Origin: Macrostomum lignano
Lineage: Eukaryota
Assembly (NCBI GenBank): GCA_002269645.1
Contig: NIVC01000453.1
Coordinates: 1 to 64,000, forward strand
Length of the DNA: 64,000 nt
Reading direction: 5' to 3'
A model generated the notes under the pieces. That model was not told where the DNA came from. It saw only the letters and a list, made by a program, of their open reading frames with translations, and did not search any database. Each line of letters opens with the position of its first letter. The first letter of the stretch is position 1. Below are positions 57,298-64,000 of this stretch, in pieces. A program made the translations under genes and the position numbers.

Positions 57298-59350
57298 ATG
57301 CTACAAAGTTTATTAAGCTTGATGGCAATCTTGTTGCACAAAGCCAAAACAAATATTTTTCACACACAGATGCAGATGCTCAATGGTGCTGGCAAGGTTG
57401 GCACAAGCCAATTTTCTGATCTTGCTTCCGTCGATCTGCCAGCAACGATCGCCGATCCACCAGCAGCTCTCGCCGATCTCCTAGCTTTTGCTTATCCACC
57501 AGCAGCTCCTGCCAATTTGCCAGCTTTTGCTGATCCACCAGCAGCTTTCAACAAGCCGCCAGCAACTCTTGTTAATCCACCAGCAGCTTTCACTGAGCCG
57601 CCAGCAGCTTTCACTGAGCCACCAGCAGCTTTTGCTGACCCACCAGCAGCTTTTACCAACCCACCAGCAGCTTTCACCAAGCCACCAGCAGCTTTTGCCG
57701 ACCCACCAACAGCTTTCACTGAGCCACTAGCAGCTTTTGCCGACCCACCAGCAGCTTTCACTGAGCTGGCAGCAACTCCTGCCGATCTGCCAGTAGCTTT
57801 GGCCGAGCCACCAGCAGCTCTTCCTGCTCAAGTAATGCCCTTGCAAGTGGAGCCAGAGCAGTTTTAGCTAAAGCGGGGGCATAAGCGAACATGGTGGCGA
57901 TTTGCTTGTATCTTCTCATGGTTTATATTCTGGGAAGAAATGGAGGTAAAGCTGGGTGTAAGTACTGGAAATGTGTCATTCAAAATGGTGCTTTGACTTG
58001 TAATGGCTCTCTTAAAGAGACATTTGATAGCACTTTTCATATAAGCCGGCAGCACATCTGCGAGCCCAATGTGGCTGGTGGCCTCAAAAGAGAAATTCAA
58101 TGGGAAGTGAAGCACGAATCAAAGCAATGCCGATTTGAATCAGCAGCAGAGATTGCTGCAAGCACCCTAATAGCACAAGCACTGTGAGGTGAGCAAGGCG
58201 CTAATCTTCTAGCAGTGAAGCAGCTGGCGAGAAATGCTAACCAATATTGCGCAGGAAGTTAGCCTCTTCATCCACATGATCTTTGATTCAAACTTCAAGA
58301 GCTGGCCCTCCCATCCAACTTTCTCAAAGCGGACATCACTGTGGCCAGAACCCATAAGTGCCATTTGTTGTTTGCCACTGACGAGCAACTGGCGATTCCG
58401 ACTACTATGAATCAATGGTTCATGGATGGAACATTCTACGTTGTTAAAAATCCATTTATGCAACTTTATTCTGGTGAACTACTATTAAATTGGCTTCACA
58501 TCTTTTAAATATCTGCTCAGAAGCTAAAATACTAATCCAATCCTGTATATTTTTAGTTCATGGCCTTATTGATCAAGATGGAAAGGAAAAGCAGGTACCT
58601 CTGTGCTTCATCTTTATGTCTGGAAAATCAAAACATGACTATGTTCACATACTTGAGCAGATGATTGAGCTGACAGGAGCTCGACCCACGGCAGCTGTGC
58701 TTGACTTTGAAGCAGCTATGTGGGAGGCTTTGCATCAAACCTGCCTTGACACTCAGCTGCATTGATGCTCATTTCACTTTGCACAGAGCATTTTTCAAAA
58801 AATCCAAGACCTTGGCCTTTCCGCAACTTACACAATCAATAAGGAGATACAACTTTTTTGCAAGAAGCTGATGGCTCTTATTTACCTGCCAGCGCCGCAT
58901 ATCTATACTGCATTCGGAACTCTGGTGGATTCAGCAAACTCCGAGGCATTAGTGCGGCTATGTCGCTATGTAGAGCAGACATGGCTGCCAAGCAGCATCT
59001 GGAGTCTGGATGAACTATCTGTCTATAAGCAGAGGGAGCGCACAAACAATTCAGTTGAGGGCTGGCACCTGGCCCTCAATCAATGAGCCAGGAAAGGCAA
59101 CCTGAATTTGTACGCTTTGGCAGACCTTCTAATGCAGCAATTGACATTGGCAGTCCTACAAGCTCAACAGCTGAAAGCTTCAGTTGCGTCGCACGGCGAG
59201 TGAGGCCAGTTTACAGGTGACAAGAGGAGAAGCTTCAATCTGCCTGGTATGAGTTTGAGAGCAGCGCTTGCGAAGAAGCTGACGTCCTACACCTTCTGAC
59301 TATTTGCACCCAGCTTATAGCCAAGTTCACCAAATTGTCTACTGCATGAT
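57298..59350 (+). pseudogene. Decayed MULE (Mutator-like) transposase with N-terminal FLYWCH-type zinc finger
   Basis: YWKC...C...H motif at ~57960-58070. Catalytic-region motifs WFMDGTF, QLYS/VHG, VPLCFIFM, DFEAA, CSFH and RTNNSVEGWH. Several in-frame stops (57865, 58185, 58763, 59084) and frameshifts near 57870-57915. Confidence 0.85.
57430..57810 (+). repeat. 21-bp tandem repeat CCACCAGCAGCTTTCACTGAG encoding PPAAF(T/A)(E/D) repeats upstream of the transposase
   Basis: Direct inspection; lies in ORF 57298-57867. Confidence 0.88.
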
Positions 59351-60554
59351 TTTCCTGAATTTGCTGAACACTTTGCAAACAACTTGGTATTCTCTAAGCA
59401 CTCCCTAGCTCACGCATTCATTAACTCATTTACTTTTGCTTTTATCAGCTTCAATCCCATTGTAACTTTTTTGGAATTCCCATTTTTTATCTCGAACTAA
59501 ATAAAAAAGTAATGCAAACAAGCGTGCGTACATGTACATGTATCTACATCGTGTTTGATCACCTAGCCTGTAGGTTAAGGCATTTCATTTATTCATATTG
59601 CAGTCAAAAGCTTTGTCTTTCATATGACAATTTTGGATAAATATACTGCAATTGCAGCATGCTCATAAATTATATGTATGTTGCATAATAAGTTTGTCAT
59701 GTCATTTCGTTCACTTCTATAAAAGCTAAATATGAAACAGTTAAGCAAAACAAACTAACGTGAGGAACAATAAGGATTTGTGTGAGTTAGACTTAGTGTT
59801 AAATGTGCTAAAACTAGTGAGTGAGATTTATAATTGAAACAATTGATTGTTTACAATGGATTGGAATGGATGGTTCATACTCGTTCTATAAGTTCAATTC
59901 TATTATTCTATTATATTCTAGAATTTATTCATTCATATTCTGCAAGTTTAGTCATATGCATCTTTGCGCATAGCATATTGCTTCACACAGCATTGTTAGA
60001 ACTTAGGCCTAATAAATGCCTTGACTGGTCTGGACTAACCATGTATAGCAGGGCTTAGCAACACAAAGCCCCTCGCTATTAATGCACAACTCATGATTTG
60101 TTCTCTACATTGCCAACTTGCTACATACTTGGACAACTTTATTAATGCTACTACATGTAAAATCTTAGAGCCCATGCTATGCGCCAACAGATTTTTCTTG
60201 CAATTTATATTTGAGCAATAAATTAAACCTGCAAATTTGGAAACATTCTCAATCTTATGAACTGAGTACCGGTATGAGGTCAATGGACTGCAAAGACAAC
60301 CATGCAGAGCACCCAAGCATTCTCCCAACAATTATATATCAAGATTATCAATCAAGATATTCTTCTCTCCAAAGCATGTGCCAAGCGTCAGCCACAGTCA
60401 CGAGTCTGTCCGATCTGTCACTGATCACTCACCCTCTCGCCACTCTTTTATTCACCCTTTTGCCACTTTCTCATTCCCCTCTTGCCACTCTTTCATTCCC
60501 CTCTCACCACTTTTATTCACCCTCTCTGAGCAAGAAAAAGAGGGGAAAGGAGAG

Positions 60555-61500
60555 CTAAGAGAGTAGAGAGGAGAGATGAGAGGAGAAAGATGAATGGAGA
60601 AAGAGATGAGATGATCAGAGAGATGGGGGAGAGAGGGGGAGAGAGAGGAGTGAGAAAAGAGGAGATAGAGATAAGAGAGTGAGAGAGTTGAGAAAGAAGA
60701 GAAGAGAAAGGAGAAAGGAAAGAGATGAGAGGTGAAGAGAGCAGAGTGCAGAGAGATGAGAGAAGAGAATAGAGGGGAAAGTATAGAAGAAGGAAGGGAA
60801 GCAAAGAGAGAGAGGAAAAGAGAAAGGAAATAGAGGAGTCAAAAGAGGGAAAAGACAAGAGTACTGAGGAGAGTACTGAGGAGAGAAGTGAGAGAACATA
60901 CGAGTATAAGAGAGTAAAGATGACAGATGAGAGAGGGGAGATGAGAGAGCAGAAACAAAAGTGAATAGATGAGAGTAGAGTAGTAGAGAAAAAATAGGAG
61001 AATATAGAGAAAAGAGGAGAAATAAGAAATACAAGAGGAGATATAAGAGATAAAACAAGACAAAGGGAGAGGCAAGTGGGTGAGGAGGGAGGAAGGAAGG
61101 GGAGAGAATCGAGAGGACAGGTCACAGGGGCAAGAGGGGAAAGGACAAGAGAAGAGAGGAGAGAAGAGAGATGAGGGAAGTATTGAGAGAGAGTAAAGTA
61201 AGGAGTGAGAAGGGAGGAGAGGGAAGAAAGAGTAGAGAGTAGAAAGAAATGAGAAGAGATAAATGAGTAGGAGTGATGAGAGATAAAAGAGCAGAGACAA
61301 GAGAGAAGAGAAGAGAGGAGAGAGACAAGAATAGAGGGAGAGGAAAGAGATGAATGAAGAGGGGAGAGAGGAGAGGAGAGAAGAAAAATGAGATGAGAGG
61401 AAAGAGAGGAGAAAAGAGACGAGAAAGAAGAGAGAAAACAGAAGAGAAAAGGGAAGTTTCAAAGGATCCAAGGGACATAGGGACAGGGAGAGGCAAAGGT
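60555..61500. repeat. ~950-bp irregular polypurine (GA-rich) tract
   Basis: Direct inspection; explains the Leu/Ser/Phe minus-strand ORFs. Confidence 0.92.
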
Positions 61501-63003
61501 AGAGACTAGAGTTTGCCTGACATTCTGCATAGCACCCTAGCCAAAATGATCCATGTTTGCCTCAAATCCTAATTTTATACGAATATACTTTATTATATAT
61601 TTAAAATATATCTTCTTCTTCTTAATAGCTTTTCTTCTAATCTTATTGGCTAGCAGACGAATTTGTTTGCCAATTTGTCTGCGCAGCAAACAAACTTGCG
61701 GCAGACGAATTGACTGGCACCCACAAAAAGTAGACTAGATATCACTTAGATAAACAAAGAGGTAATACACTATAACTATATAGTGCCTTCTAAATGTGGT
61801 GAAAACTTTTCGCCAAAATGATTTTTCTGAAATGACTTTTTTTGCCAAAATGATTGTAACCCATCATTGCTCTTACTAGGTTGAAGCTTTTACCATATAT
61901 AGTAGGACTAGTACTAGTAGGCCTAGCTAAGTAGGCCCTACTAGAAAAAAATTAAGTACTACATTGGTGATTTGCCCTGCTTTAAAATAGGCCCTAAATA
62001 CAAATATAACATTAAAAATGTAACTTAAAAAATATAACTTATATTGCAGCAAAAAACAAGACAACTGACAACCCAAAATTTTATTAGGCCCTAAAAATTA
62101 AAATCATCAGCTTTGCAAATAGTTTCTCAAACGTAGGCCTACACTCATAACTTTGCCTCGTTTAAGCTTTTGTTGCGCTTAAATCTAAAATTATCTAATA
62201 CAACTCTCCAAACCAAAGGCAAAGTAAAGCGCAACTGATATGACAACATGCGAGAACGAAAATGGGTGCGTTTCTATTTCTATTTCTATTTCCAGGAAGG
62301 CTAGGTATTATAGACAAATTAAGGCATAAAGGAATCAACGCAGGCCTATTTTTAAAGAAAAAAAGCATTTTGATTGCAACATTAACGATAGGGCTAATAA
62401 TCGTATTTTTATTAATACAACTGCGCTGATTTGTTTTTGTGCACAATATTATATACTTTTTTGGCACTAAATTAAGGATGTTCTCAGAGCGATCGGCTGT
62501 TCAACTGCATGTCAGGCGCACAGCTGTTCACGAATTCCTAAAAGTCAAAAGTAGAAATCGTCAATTTAGTTTGATAATATAAATAATTCCTATTGATTAT
62601 TTCCGTTATACACGCAAGGAAAATACTTAAGTCTTAACTTGTGCTTGTGAAAACTCATAGGCCCTACACTAGTACAGTGTCAGTACTTAGACACCCAGAC
62701 TAAGCCTAAAAACTAAGTTGCAAGACATGAGATATTCGTCAATTGCTGTCTAGCTGTGTTCTTTCGTTTCAATAACAGTATTTTTTATTAAAATTTTGAG
62801 TTCTGGCTAGGCCTATTACTGATTTTTAAAAGACTTCTACCATTAGAAAATGTCAGATTGTGATCGAAATGAGATTCTTGCAAATTTTCAGGTAAGAATT
62901 TTTTAATGTTATAATTTAGTAGTAATAAATAATAGAATTTTTTCAATGTTTAGTTTAAAGGAACTCTAAAAATAGTTTTTCAAATATAAGAATATAATTT
63001 TTA

Positions 63004-63453
63004 GGCAGTTGTTATTTGTCCGGTGACTAGACAAATAGGCTAGCCTTTTTGCTATTTGTCTGGCTAAATTGCTAAAACAAGTATTTATTTGTTTCAAGAT
63101 GAATATTCTAGATTTTTAAGACATTTTCTTGTATACTGATTAATATTTTTTTGCATACCTTGGTGTAAGCAAAGCAATGTATTCAATTCGGCATAATTTG
63201 GTGTACAAAACAGACACTAGTATAACAACATAATAATCAAAATACAAGTAAGAAGTCTTTGAAGTCTAGGAATATTTACCATTGTAGTTTTTATGAAATA
63301 GATATTTTAGCATTATTAATTTAACTGGACAAATAACCAAATGCCTATTTGTCCAATATTAGCCTGACAAATAAGAAAGCATGGTCATTATTTAGTAGCT
63401 GGACAAATAACCACATCACTATTTGTCCAGTCACCAGACAAATAATAACTGCC
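63004..63453. mobile_element. MITE with 35-bp terminal inverted repeats
   Basis: GGCAGTTGTTATTTGTCCGGTGACTAGACAAATAG (63004-63038) versus the reverse complement of 63419-63453: 32/35 identical. AT-rich core with subterminal ATTTGTC/GACAAAT motifs. Confidence 0.7.
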
Positions 63454-64000
63454 AATTTTTTATAGTTATATCAATTAGGCCTAAGTTAAGATCCATATGC
63501 CTAGTCCAAATCATGCTGGGTGCACATTGAACAAAAATTGAAAAAAGACAAATGCATACTAAAAAAATATTTGATGTCATAATGCCTACTCACACTTAAA
63601 TCTAGGCCAATGGTAATGTAACTAAATGACCTTTTCTATGTTGTTACAATAAACGACCTTTTGCATTGTTTAAAAGATCATTTTGGCAAATAATTAATTT
63701 CATTATTTACTATGTCTATAGTTTAGAAAGCATCCATATGCCAAAAAATTCAGGCATGAAAAAAATGTTGGTATATAGTTTGGTATACACTAGGTACCTT
63801 TTATTTTTTTATAACTCAACTCATAATAATTTTATATAACTCAAAGCATTCTAAAATTTAAAAGTATAAACAAACAATTGATAGGTATAAAGAGCATAGC
63901 CATATTATTATAGCAATATTGAGCATTAAGACAATTAAAAATGTTGATTGGCTAATTATGATCAGTAGAGATTTGTTGCTATTAAATGGTAGGAAGCTGG

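Larger units (their letters stand above)
56716..61722 (+). mobile_element. Putative full-length degenerate MULE/Phantom-type DNA transposon (~5 kb)
   Basis: Inverted repeats at 56729-56769 and 61670-61710 (36/41 identical by hand alignment) bracket the MULE transposase. Weaker similarity extends outward to GGG/CCC ends. No convincing TSD. Confidence 0.6.

Noticed and set aside
59400-60550. Second gene inside the MULE (ORFs 59834-60058, 60035-60331, 60211-60558)
   Set aside because: Short, AT-rich, with no recognisable domain or consistent splice structure.

Overview
Eukaryotic (metazoan) genomic DNA with GT-AG introns, GC-rich poly-Q/A/H-coding exons and many intronic mini- and microsatellites. 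The style resembles a free-living flatworm such as Macrostomum; this is an inference and not database-checked. Four protein-coding genes can be reconstructed by hand. (1) A nuclear receptor on the minus strand, running off the left edge, whose second zinc finger lacks one canonical Cys. (2) A 12-exon Meis/homothorax TALE homeobox gene on the plus strand (15934-35677), with a tandem (CAG)5 acceptor and an apparent 1-nt frameshift in exon 11. (3) A 4-exon F-box/LRR gene on the minus strand (46063-50173). (4) A 2-exon holocytochrome c synthase on the minus strand (52363-54021). The right end holds a decayed ~5 kb FLYWCH-MULE transposon with candidate TIRs and an intron, a 710-bp foldback element and a 450-bp MITE. 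The most unusual pattern is that several intronic tandem arrays are built from splice-signal modules. One repeat family carrying CAG|GTGAG 13 times fills intron 1 of both the F-box and HCCS genes, and F-box intron 2 is an array of branch-point/acceptor-like units. No rRNA, tRNA or CRISPR was seen. Most long ORFs in the supplied track are repeat artefacts. Repeat boundaries are approximate and were read by eye.
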